Positions 56,455 through 64,000 of a stretch of DNA of 64,000 nucleotides are shown here, in pieces. The DNA is taken from NCBI GenBank assembly GCA_020722725.1, contig DYKG01000011.1, forward strand, positions 1,756 to 65,755, read 5' to 3'. The translations under genes were made by a program, and so were the position numbers. This stretch comes from Candidatus Methylomirabilis sp. (GTDB lineage: Bacteria; Muiribacteriota; Ozemobacteria; Ozemobacterales; Ozemobacteraceae). The notes under the pieces were generated by a model, which was given only the letters and a program-made list of their open reading frames with translations, did not search any database and was not told the DNA's origin. The stretch's first letter is position 1. Each line of letters starts with the position of its first letter.

Positions 56455-57848
56455 TATTTCTCTGGTTCAATGTGAGTCGCGCCGCCAAGATACGGCCGCA
56501 AAACTTCCGGAATAAAAATTCTGCCGTTTTCATCCTGATAGTTTTCAACAATAGCCAGCCAGGTTCTGCCAACCGCAAGGCCGGAACCATTCAAAGTGTG
56601 CACCAGTGATGGTTTCGATTTAGGATCGTTGCCTTTAAACCGAATCTGAGCGCGGCGGGCCTGAAAATCTTCGAAATTGCTGCACGAACTGATTTCACGA
56701 AAGCATTTCTGCGACGGCAACCATACTTCGATATCATAGGTTTTAGCGGCTGAAAAACCAAGATCCCCGGTACTTAGAGCAACAGTTCTGAAGGGCAGAT
56801 CGAGCAATTTAAGAATCTGCTCGGCATCTGAAAGAAGCTTTTCGAGTTCACTATAGGAATCTTCGGGTTTACAGAATTTTACCAGCTCGACCTTGTCAAA
56901 TTGATGCTGCCTGATCAGGCCGCGGGTATCACGACCATAACTGCCGGCCTCACTTCTGAAACATGGGGTATAAGCGGTTAAGCTCAGAGTTAGATCGGAT
57001 TCTTTCAAGATTTCACCGGCGTAAAGATTAGTGACCGGAACCTCGGCCGTCGGAATCAGGTAATAATCGAAGCCCTGAAGTTTGAACAGATCCTGTTCGA
57101 ACTTTGGCAGCTGGCCGGTTCCGCGCAATGAGTTTGAGTTGACCATGAATGGGGGCAAAACCTCTTTATAGCCGTGTTTCTGGGTGTGAACGTCGAGCAT
57201 GAAATTTATCAGAGCGCGTTCAAGGCGGGCCCCCTGCCCCATCAAAACCGAAAACCTGGTACCAGTGAGCTTGCCTGCCCGCTCAAAGTCAAGAATTCCC
57301 AGATTGGCTCCCAGGTCAACATGATCTTTTGGTGCAAAGGCAAAGTCTTTCGGGGTTCCGTATTTGTGGACTTCAAGATTAGCCGTTTCATCATGGCCAA
57401 CCGGAGTGGCAGGCGATGGAACGTTGGGAATGGTCATCAACAGATCGTTCATTGTCTGATCGATATTTTCGACCTTTTTCTCTAGTTCTTTTATTTTGTC
57501 GGCTACTTCTTTCATGCCTGCAAGCAGGTCATCGGCCGGTTCTTTATTGGCTTTTCGGCGCCCGACTTCTTTGCTTACCGTGTTGCGTTCGGCTTTCAGA
57601 CTTTCAGCATCAAAAATCGCCTGACGTCTTTGTTCATCAAGCTTTTCAAGGGGCTGAATTTTTTCAATCACTACTCTGGAGAAATTATTTAAAAAAGCCT
57701 GAAGAACAGCAGCACGATCGTTAGAATCAACACCTGCTTCGGCAATAATTTTTGCATTTTCAGCCTGCTGGGCAGATGCTTCACCACGTTTAATCATGGC
57801 TTTTTTAAATTCATCAGGATTATTTCGGATCCATTTAATTTCCAACAT
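56454..57848 (-). CDS. serS: seryl-tRNA synthetase
   Basis: The class II motifs are in the contexts [21 protein letters not shown] and [19 protein letters not shown]. The N-terminal coiled-coil arm carries a ~35-aa extra segment. Confidence 0.95.
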   Translation of the reverse strand: MLEIKWIRNNPDEFKKAMIKRGEASAQQAENAKIIAEAGVDSNDRAAVLQAFLNNFSRVVIEKIQPLEKLDEQRRQAIFDAESLKAERNTVSKEVGRRKANKEPADDLLAGMKEVADKIKELEKKVENIDQTMNDLLMTIPNVPSPATPVGHDETANLEVHKYGTPKDFAFAPKDHVDLGANLGILDFERAGKLTGTRFSVLMGQGARLERALINFMLDVHTQKHGYKEVLPPFMVNSNSLRGTGQLPKFEQDLFKLQGFDYYLIPTAEVPVTNLYAGEILKESDLTLSLTAYTPCFRSEAGSYGRDTRGLIRQHQFDKVELVKFCKPEDSYSELEKLLSDAEQILKLLDLPFRTVALSTGDLGFSAAKTYDIEVWLPSQKCFREISSCSNFEDFQARRAQIRFKGNDPKSKPSLVHTLNGSGLAVGRTWLAIVENYQDENGRIFIPEVLRPYLGGATHIEPEK

Positions 57849-57884
57849 TGCAGTTCCTCCAGTGGGTTGACTAATCGGGTAAAC

Positions 57885-57913
57885 AGAATACTACTTTCAG
57901 TTTGCAGATTCAA
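57885..57913 (-). promoter_or_regulatory. candidate sigma-70 promoter of serS
   Basis: On the minus strand it reads TTGAAT, a 17-nt spacer (ctgcaaactgaaagtag), then TATTCT. Confidence 0.4.
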
Positions 57914-57919
57914 TAAAAC

Positions 57920-58618
57920 TCAAAAATCAAAAAGGGTTGGCTGAAAATCGCCCGCAGGCCTGATGCAGGAAGGGTCTTCAAAAACCGGGCTGTTTACCCG
58001 CGAGTCAACACGCCAGCTTCGCATTTCAGCAGCAGTCATAGGGCGAAGAAGCTTCAACAAATCTGAGAGGTCTGCTTCAGAATCGAGCCATTGCAAAACG
58101 TTCCTGGCGTGAATTATTACCGGCATTCGTTTATGTATCCTGCCAACCAGTTCATTGGCTGAAGTGGTAATTACCGCGCATGAGTTTACCTGCTCTCCCC
58201 CTGCGCCATGCCAGATGTCCCAGATTCCGGCAAAATACCATGTTTCATCCTTTTCAACCGGCGAAAAATACCAGGGTTGTTTACCCGATGCGGTTTTCTG
58301 CCATTCATAAAATCCACTGGCAGGAATAAGGCACCGACGAAATTCAAATGCCTTTTTGAAGCCTGGTTTCTCTGTGATCGATTCGCATCTGGCGTTAATC
58401 ATCGGCTTGAACTCTTTTGGGCCTTTCGAAAAATATGGAATAAAGCCCCAAGCTTGAAAATCGTATCTTTTTACATTTCTATCAGGGTCATGAAAAAAGA
58501 CCAGCAATGGCTGACCGGGAGAAATATTGTACCGAGGTTGAAAATTTTCGATCGGTTCAAGCTGAAGCAGCCCGATCAACCAGGCCAGGCTGCCGGTAAG
58601 CGAAAAACGGCCACACAT
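57920..58618 (-). CDS. SOS response-associated peptidase (SRAP/YedK family, abasic-site processing)
   Basis: The N-terminus is MCGRF (catalytic Cys2). It contains NARCES and IPASGFYEW, and its size is typical (232 aa). Confidence 0.85.
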   Translation of the reverse strand: MCGRFSLTGSLAWLIGLLQLEPIENFQPRYNISPGQPLLVFFHDPDRNVKRYDFQAWGFIPYFSKGPKEFKPMINARCESITEKPGFKKAFEFRRCLIPASGFYEWQKTASGKQPWYFSPVEKDETWYFAGIWDIWHGAGGEQVNSCAVITTSANELVGRIHKRMPVIIHARNVLQWLDSEADLSDLLKLLRPMTAAEMRSWRVDSRVNSPVFEDPSCIRPAGDFQPTLFDF

Positions 58619-59908
58619 TCAGAGACAGGGGCGAGTCTGATTTCCCTTGAAAACCCGGTAGGCTTTTAGCGCTTCAGCCATAATTCTGATGCTTTTTCTT
58701 ATTTTTTCAGGGGTAACGACAAGAGCAATGCGAATTTCGTTCCGGCCCCGTCGCGGGTCAAGATAAAACGCATGGGCAGGGGTAACCGCAACGGTTTCGC
58801 CGCCAACATTAAATTTTTCAAGCATGAAATAGCAGAATTCATTTATGTCTTCAAACTGCGGAAACTTGATCATCAGATAAAAAGCACCAGAAGGCCGGGG
58901 CGCAACAACCTCGGGCAGAAAATCAGCAATAGCCTTCATTGCCGCTTCAAGACGCTCACGATAGGTCTGGCGCAATTTCTCAAGATAATCGGGTTGTGAC
59001 AACACGGCATCGTATGCGCCGGCGACCCCGAATTGAAGAAGGTCAGAAACACAGGCTACTGAATGGGCATTTACCAGGGCAATTTTTTCAAGAATCGATT
59101 GTTTTGAAACCACAAAACCGATTCTAACCCCGCACAGAGAAAAAGATTTGCTGGCAGAATCGATAACGATAAGCAGATCTTTAAACTTCTCGTTATCTTC
59201 TTCCCTGGAAAAGTTGATCTGCAAGAGGCTTACCGCTTCCTGGTCACCAAGAATCATTTCGCGGTAAACTTCATCGCCGATAATGTAAAGATCATGATCC
59301 AGGGCTATTCTGGCAAGCCGTTCAACTTCTTCGTGAGAATAAATCTTGCCTGAAGGATTATTGGGGCTGTTAAACATAATGGCACGGGTTTTAGGGGTAA
59401 TGTGCCTTTTGATCTCTTCGTCAGACGGCAGAGCGAAATGGTTTTCAGCATAAGTCGGCACTGATTTGAGCACAGCTCCTGCGAGGGCAAGATAGCCGAT
59501 GTATGGCGAGAAAAAAGGCTCGATGACGAGAACTTCATCGCCCGGGTTGCAGATTGCAAGAAAGGTGTTACTCAGTGCGTGCGATGCTCCGACGGTCACC
59601 AGAATGTTCTCGGTATCGACCACCAGATGCGAAACCGAGCGTCGGTCAAAATAATGGTTAAGATAACGGGCATAGGTTTCGCGAAGATATTTTTCACCAA
59701 TATATGGCGAATAATTGATCTGGCCGGTAGATGCCTTCTTGTTGATGGCTTTGGCAAATTCAGGTATGCACTCAATGTCAGGCTGACCGATATTGAGTTC
59801 ATAAACGGTTTTCCCCTCAGCAACCAGTTCTTTGGCGATTGCCATCATTTTTCTGATCGGACTGGGAGAAAGCATATCGACGCGGCTGGCAAATCTGTCT
59901 TTCATCAT
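58619..59908 (-). CDS. class I/II pyridoxal-phosphate-dependent aminotransferase
   Basis: It contains NSPNNPSGK, and the PLP lysine lies in the context SASKSFSLCGVRIGF. Confidence 0.85.
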   Translation of the reverse strand: MMKDRFASRVDMLSPSPIRKMMAIAKELVAEGKTVYELNIGQPDIECIPEFAKAINKKASTGQINYSPYIGEKYLRETYARYLNHYFDRRSVSHLVVDTENILVTVGASHALSNTFLAICNPGDEVLVIEPFFSPYIGYLALAGAVLKSVPTYAENHFALPSDEEIKRHITPKTRAIMFNSPNNPSGKIYSHEEVERLARIALDHDLYIIGDEVYREMILGDQEAVSLLQINFSREEDNEKFKDLLIVIDSASKSFSLCGVRIGFVVSKQSILEKIALVNAHSVACVSDLLQFGVAGAYDAVLSQPDYLEKLRQTYRERLEAAMKAIADFLPEVVAPRPSGAFYLMIKFPQFEDINEFCYFMLEKFNVGGETVAVTPAHAFYLDPRRGRNEIRIALVVTPEKIRKSIRIMAEALKAYRVFKGNQTRPCL

Positions 59909-59967
59909 TTCCTTTAACCTCGCAATATATATTTATTCTCGCAGTCTAAACCATTAAAACACTACTT

Positions 59968-61311
59968 TCAATCGCTAATGGTTTTTTTCTCAGAATTTGC
60001 ATTGCGAAGGTTTTGCAACAGTTCAATAAAAGCCCGGTGCAGCTCGATCTTAATCACCAGAATTTCGTTATCATGAAAAACCGACTGATTAACTCCCTGT
60101 TTCTCGCCAAACCAGAATTTCATTGAACCATCGCTGGTGTTAAGGGCAAAATAGTCGCATTTTTCGAGGTCGGAAAAGCCGTTCGCATCTTTCTGCCCGG
60201 CATTGATAAACTGTGTTGCGCGGGTTGCATCATAAAAATCAAGAAAGCTGTCAACCAAGCTCGGTTCAACGATTTTGCCATCCATTTCCCAGTTTTTTGC
60301 TCGTTTTATAAGCTTCACCGAGCCGCTGGCATCTTGAAGTTCAAGTGAAACCAGCTGCTCTCTCGCCAGTTCAGGAAGGCTTTTTGCACGAAGATCTGAA
60401 AGCGTTTTATTCAGGTCACGAACATCAGAGTTGAGAATTGCATGTATGGGCTTTTCACCGAGAACTCTGAAATATGTCTCATTCCCTGAGATTTCACCAG
60501 TTTCGATGCCATATTTCTGACCGGCGCTGTTGGAAAGAACGATTCTGAAGGGCGATGAGGCAAAACCCCATTCATCAGGGTTTTTCGGGTCATCTTCGAC
60601 AAATCTTGAAATTCTGAGATTCTGCAGGGTCTGAATCAGCCCGGCAATCATTTCGCCGTCAGCAGGCAGCGCTTTCGGGCTTTTGACCTCCCACTCTATT
60701 GCCTCTTTTTTCTCGACAATTAAAGATGAATTCCGGGATTGAATTTCAATTGAAGTCGGGTTGCCAAAGGGATTGGAGAAAATCCCACGCTTTCGCACAT
60801 TTTCTGGAGTTTTATGGAAATCGCCGCGAATGTAGCCAGGCACCATGAAAACTCTGGGGTCATCGGCCCGCATCAGGTAATAAGACCCGCCAACCGGAGA
60901 TTTGCTGCCAAGCTTTAACTCGACCACCTTTTCACCTGAGTTGAAACGAACAATCGGAGAATTCTCGGTGATCCCGAACTGTCCGGGATCAGATGGATTT
61001 TCTGCCACCACCATTTCAAATTTCAATTGAACGAAATGCTCGAGAATGCCGCTGGCTTCAGCGGCTTCTATTTCATGCAGCCCAGGAATTTCCATGCAGA
61101 AAGCCCCATCTTTTCTTGCGATACGCATTGTTTCAGCATTTTTAGACACCCAGCTGACCGCATCGATCTGATCGGCATTCAAGTTGAGAATGGGCTGGGG
61201 TTTCTGCATGCCGGGAGCAGGAATTTCTTCGGTTTCGTAGTAGTTCGCATAGGTCAAAAGAAGGATCAGAACAACAAAAGCGATCAGAGTAGGTCTGAAT
61301 CTTTTTTTCAT
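59968..61311 (-). CDS. DUF4340-like protein (N-terminal anchor), accessory to the GldG-like ABC system
   Basis: The N-terminal TM is MKKRFRPTLIAFVVLILLLTY. The position downstream of the GldG-like gene matches the common ABC/GldF/GldG/DUF4340 arrangement. I prefer the ATG at 61311 over the upstream in-frame start. Confidence 0.5.
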   Translation of the reverse strand: MKKRFRPTLIAFVVLILLLTYANYYETEEIPAPGMQKPQPILNLNADQIDAVSWVSKNAETMRIARKDGAFCMEIPGLHEIEAAEASGILEHFVQLKFEMVVAENPSDPGQFGITENSPIVRFNSGEKVVELKLGSKSPVGGSYYLMRADDPRVFMVPGYIRGDFHKTPENVRKRGIFSNPFGNPTSIEIQSRNSSLIVEKKEAIEWEVKSPKALPADGEMIAGLIQTLQNLRISRFVEDDPKNPDEWGFASSPFRIVLSNSAGQKYGIETGEISGNETYFRVLGEKPIHAILNSDVRDLNKTLSDLRAKSLPELAREQLVSLELQDASGSVKLIKRAKNWEMDGKIVEPSLVDSFLDFYDATRATQFINAGQKDANGFSDLEKCDYFALNTSDGSMKFWFGEKQGVNQSVFHDNEILVIKIELHRAFIELLQNLRNANSEKKTISD

Positions 61312-61313
61312 GT

Positions 61314-62915
61314 TTACATCCTCCGGCGCAGCAGGAATACCAGTCCACCCAGAAATACAATCATTAGTGGCGAAACGATTACGCAAAAGGTGAAAATCTG
61401 GTTTGCTGCGGCGTCATCAAGAACAATCTCGGGAATTTCAACGGTCTTGGGTCTGATCGAAATCATTTTTTCCTGGCCAAGCATCCAGTTTATGCTGTTA
61501 ATGATCAAATCTTTGTTTCCACCAAAGCTGATGTAGGCATTGCCAGCGAAATCAGCATCTCCAAAAACAAGTATTCTTGAAGCAGTGGCGTTTCGCGTGC
61601 CTTCAATGGCTATGGCCAGTTTGAGAGGACCACGGGCATCTTTTCCCTCTTCGTATTCAAGAGAAATTTCATCGCCGGCCTTCAGATTGCGCTTGGCCCA
61701 TGAATTTTCGATGGTTTCAAGATAGGTTACCGGGGTAAAACCTTCCCGCCCTTCAGCCGTTAGACTTCGGCAATGAAACATAATACAGACCAGATTGCTT
61801 TCGATTATCGGTGAAAGAGCAGGATGATTGGTCAAAACCGGTGCAACGGTCCAATATTGTCGCTGGATTCCGCGCGGGTCGATGACCACGTCGTGATTGG
61901 CAAGAACGCCAAAATCATGCAGCAGAAATTTCTCAAGATTTCCTGTTTCGCTCAGCGGGTCAAGAGCTACCAGCAGATGCCCTGAGCGGCCTTTGATAAA
62001 AGTTCTGATCTTTTCAAGTTCGGTATCAAGAAAATCACGTTGTGGAGCAATAATTACCAGCAGATTGGTTTCAAATGAAATGTCGGATTCAAGAAGATTC
62101 ACTTCGTCTACGTCATAATTTTCGCGGATCAGCAATTCATTGAGTCCGGCTACGTCACGGCCATTAAAACCGGAAGTAGTTGCTTCGCCATGGCCGTTGA
62201 CGAAACTGATTCTCTTTTTAATGCCACTGGTAACGGTAATCAATGCCGTAGTCAAAGCTTGTTCACCCTTAAACTTTGGCTTGGTATCGGGGCTAGCATA
62301 GGGTGACGGTCGTTCAAAAACGTCGTTGGCCATCAGATCTTTTCGGCTCATTTCGCATTGAACAATGGTGGTTCCGGGCGCAGCCACATTCATCGCCTTA
62401 ACCGTCATTGGGTCTCGGTATGGATCGACAAACGAAAATTGCAGTTTACCGCTGATGCGGCGATATTCCTGCAGCAATTCTTTAACCATCTGTTCTTCGG
62501 TGCTGCCTGCCGGGAAAAATGCGGTTACTTTAACTTCTTTTTCGAGCTGACTGACAATTTTTCTGGTCTGATCAGATAAAGTAAACATTTGATTTCGGGT
62601 GAAATCATAGCGAACATTCCTTCTGAAGCCAATATGTGCCAATACGACGCCTATGGCAATAATCAGCAGAATCAAAACTATATCGTTGATCCATAGAAGC
62701 GTTTTTCGATTCCTTACCAGTTCATCGATCATTTCCGGGCGCATGAAAAACGCGATTGCGACAACCATGGTTCCTACGGCAGCAACACCAGCGGCAACTC
62801 TCGACATGTCCTGAAAAGTGGCATAAATCAAAGCAGAGCTGAAAATCATGACCAAACCTGCAATCAAAACCAGGTAAGGCATCAGTGGTATTACTAATCT
62901 TCTTTTGTCAGCCAT
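61314..62915 (-). CDS. GldG-like ABC-transporter auxiliary protein
   Basis: It has N- and C-terminal TM helices flanking a large external domain and follows an ABC-2 permease. The ATG at 62915 has GGTGGAG upstream. Confidence 0.6.
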   Translation of the reverse strand: MADKRRLVIPLMPYLVLIAGLVMIFSSALIYATFQDMSRVAAGVAAVGTMVVAIAFFMRPEMIDELVRNRKTLLWINDIVLILLIIAIGVVLAHIGFRRNVRYDFTRNQMFTLSDQTRKIVSQLEKEVKVTAFFPAGSTEEQMVKELLQEYRRISGKLQFSFVDPYRDPMTVKAMNVAAPGTTIVQCEMSRKDLMANDVFERPSPYASPDTKPKFKGEQALTTALITVTSGIKKRISFVNGHGEATTSGFNGRDVAGLNELLIRENYDVDEVNLLESDISFETNLLVIIAPQRDFLDTELEKIRTFIKGRSGHLLVALDPLSETGNLEKFLLHDFGVLANHDVVIDPRGIQRQYWTVAPVLTNHPALSPIIESNLVCIMFHCRSLTAEGREGFTPVTYLETIENSWAKRNLKAGDEISLEYEEGKDARGPLKLAIAIEGTRNATASRILVFGDADFAGNAYISFGGNKDLIINSINWMLGQEKMISIRPKTVEIPEIVLDDAAANQIFTFCVIVSPLMIVFLGGLVFLLRRRM

Positions 62916-62920
62916 GAAAA

Positions 62921-63631
62921 CTATCTCCACCTTTCCGATTCAATTACCCGGGCGGCAAGAAAAAGCCAGACAACCGTAAAAATCACAAAAAAAATCGTAT
63001 TTCCACTGTCAACGATGCCGCGAAGAAAATCTGAATAACGATCAAAGATCGACAAACTTCCGAGCATATTACCAAACCAGTTATCAAAAGCATGCTTTGC
63101 CCAGCCAAATATCCAGAAAAGAAGCAGTCCACCAAAACTCAACATGGCAGATATGATTTGATTTTCACTCAAAGAACTGGTGAAAAGACCTAGTGATACA
63201 AATGCTGAGCTTAATAAGACCAGACCAATATAACCACTGTAAACCGGCCCCAGATCAAAATCTGAAGAATACCTGCTTAAAAGCAGCGGATATTGCAGAG
63301 TTAGAAGGATAAGAGCCAGATAAAGAACCATACAAGCCAGATACTTGCCAAGAATGATCTGCATTGGTGAAATAGGCGAAGTAAGAAGAAGCTCCATCGT
63401 TCGACCTTTGCGTTCTTCGCTGATCAGTCGCATTGTCATGACCGGTGATGCAAGTAGCAGAACGAATGAAGCGTTATACAAAAGGGGTTCGAGAGTTGCC
63501 AGCTTACTGGTCACCAGAACTACCCAAAACAAATAACCTACGATTAATAGAAAAGACGCAAACACAATGTAAGCTACTGGTGAGAAAAAAAATGACTGCA
63601 GCTCTTTTTTCATTATTGCAAAAATTTTCAT
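62921..63631 (-). CDS. ABC-2 type transporter permease (GldF-like)
   Basis: It is a 236-aa protein with 6 predicted TM segments. It overlaps the ATPase stop by 4 nt. Confidence 0.75.
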   Translation of the reverse strand: MKIFAIMKKELQSFFFSPVAYIVFASFLLIVGYLFWVVLVTSKLATLEPLLYNASFVLLLASPVMTMRLISEERKGRTMELLLTSPISPMQIILGKYLACMVLYLALILLTLQYPLLLSRYSSDFDLGPVYSGYIGLVLLSSAFVSLGLFTSSLSENQIISAMLSFGGLLLFWIFGWAKHAFDNWFGNMLGSLSIFDRYSDFLRGIVDSGNTIFFVIFTVVWLFLAARVIESERWR

Positions 63632-64000
63632 TCTTCGCCCCGCTTTTCTTCATTGGATGTAAGTTTGAGAAAAACATCCTCAAGACTTGCCCGTACCGGA
63701 GAAATCTGACGAAAGATCGCTCCTGCTGATGAGACCTGCCTGAAAAACTCATCGAAATCTTCTTCGGTTTCCATTTCCAGATTGAAACGGGAAATGCCTT
63801 CTTCAATCTGCAATTCACTACATTGAGCGGTTGTGGCGGTTGTAATTTTTTTGAGCTTCTCAGCAAAATTCTGGTCATTACCTGGTTTTATGGCGATTTT
63901 CCACATTGGCTTTCCGCTGGAAAACCGTTCAAGATTGGCAACCGTATCGACCGCCACAATTTCGCCCTCGTTTATAATTACGACCCGAACGCATGTCATG
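63628..64000 (-). CDS. ABC transporter ATP-binding protein, C-terminal part (5' end beyond window)
   Basis: The ORF is open to the window edge. The C-terminal region ends in ASLEDVFLKLT, typical of ABC-2/GldA-type ATPases. No Walker motifs fall inside the window. Confidence 0.6.
   Translation of the reverse strand, partial: MTCVRVVIINEGEIVAVDTVANLERFSSGKPMWKIAIKPGNDQNFAEKLKKITTATTAQCSELQIEEGISRFNLEMETEEDFDEFFRQVSSAGAIFRQISPVRASLEDVFLKLTSNEEKRGEE

Noticed and set aside
58208-61536. Plus-strand ORFs 58208..58669 and 61027..61536, plus other 60-110-aa ORFs overlapping annotated genes throughout the window.
   Set aside because: They overlap better-supported genes on the opposite strand or in another frame, and none has a recognisable domain.
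1-64000. A search for CRISPR arrays, rRNA or tRNA genes, transposases, integrases, inverted terminal repeats and prophage or toxin-antitoxin modules.
   Set aside because: I could not recognise any. All intergenic regions are 354 nt or shorter, and they are explained by promoters, leaders or terminators. The scan was by eye only, so short ncRNAs cannot be excluded.

Overview
This is a compact bacterial chromosome segment with short or overlapping gene junctions. I found no rRNA, tRNA, CRISPR array or mobile element.

Positions 1807-34056 are almost all on the minus strand. They hold rpoB-rpoC under their own consensus promoter with a terminator. Next comes an uninterrupted run of about 21.6 kb: rpsL-rpsG-fusA, then the S10, spc and alpha ribosomal-protein clusters (35 genes including secY, adk, map, infA, rpoA), running straight into an ECF-transporter module (ecfA1-ecfA2-ecfT). 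tuf and rplJL are not in their usual places.

The remainder (34.1-64 kb) mixes housekeeping genes with lineage-specific genes:
- Housekeeping: dtd, secDF, psd-pssA, serS, an aminotransferase, an SRAP peptidase and an RNase Z-like hydrolase.
- A translationally coupled pair of ~820-aa HEAT-repeat paralogs plus a small membrane protein.
- An 888-aa bitopic TPR protein ending in four GFPDYENIG repeats and a zinc ribbon.
- A membrane-anchored GTPase and an orphan sigma-54 (NtrC-type) response regulator.
- A COG2403-like P-loop protein, a C11-type lipoprotein peptidase and a GldA/F/G-like ABC system with a DUF4340 protein.

The most striking signal is not an accessory island. Core expression machinery is systematically enlarged:
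- beta-prime is 2026 aa, with a ~680-aa insertion inside the trigger loop.
- beta carries a Cys-cluster insertion and an acidic tail.
- bL17 has an internal insertion.
- uL29 is three times its normal length.
- uL22 carries an S13-like N-terminal module and an Ala/Lys-rich tail.
- SerRS has an extended coiled-coil arm.

Several perfect or near-perfect TTGACA-17-TATAAT promoters are readable, one of which implies a leaderless mRNA.

All functional calls come from motif and synteny recognition by eye; no database search was possible. The source lineage cannot be determined from this window. The rplQ-ecfA-ecfA-ecfT synteny looks Firmicutes-like, while sigma-54 regulation and the HEAT/TPR content point to some other, possibly uncultivated, lineage.
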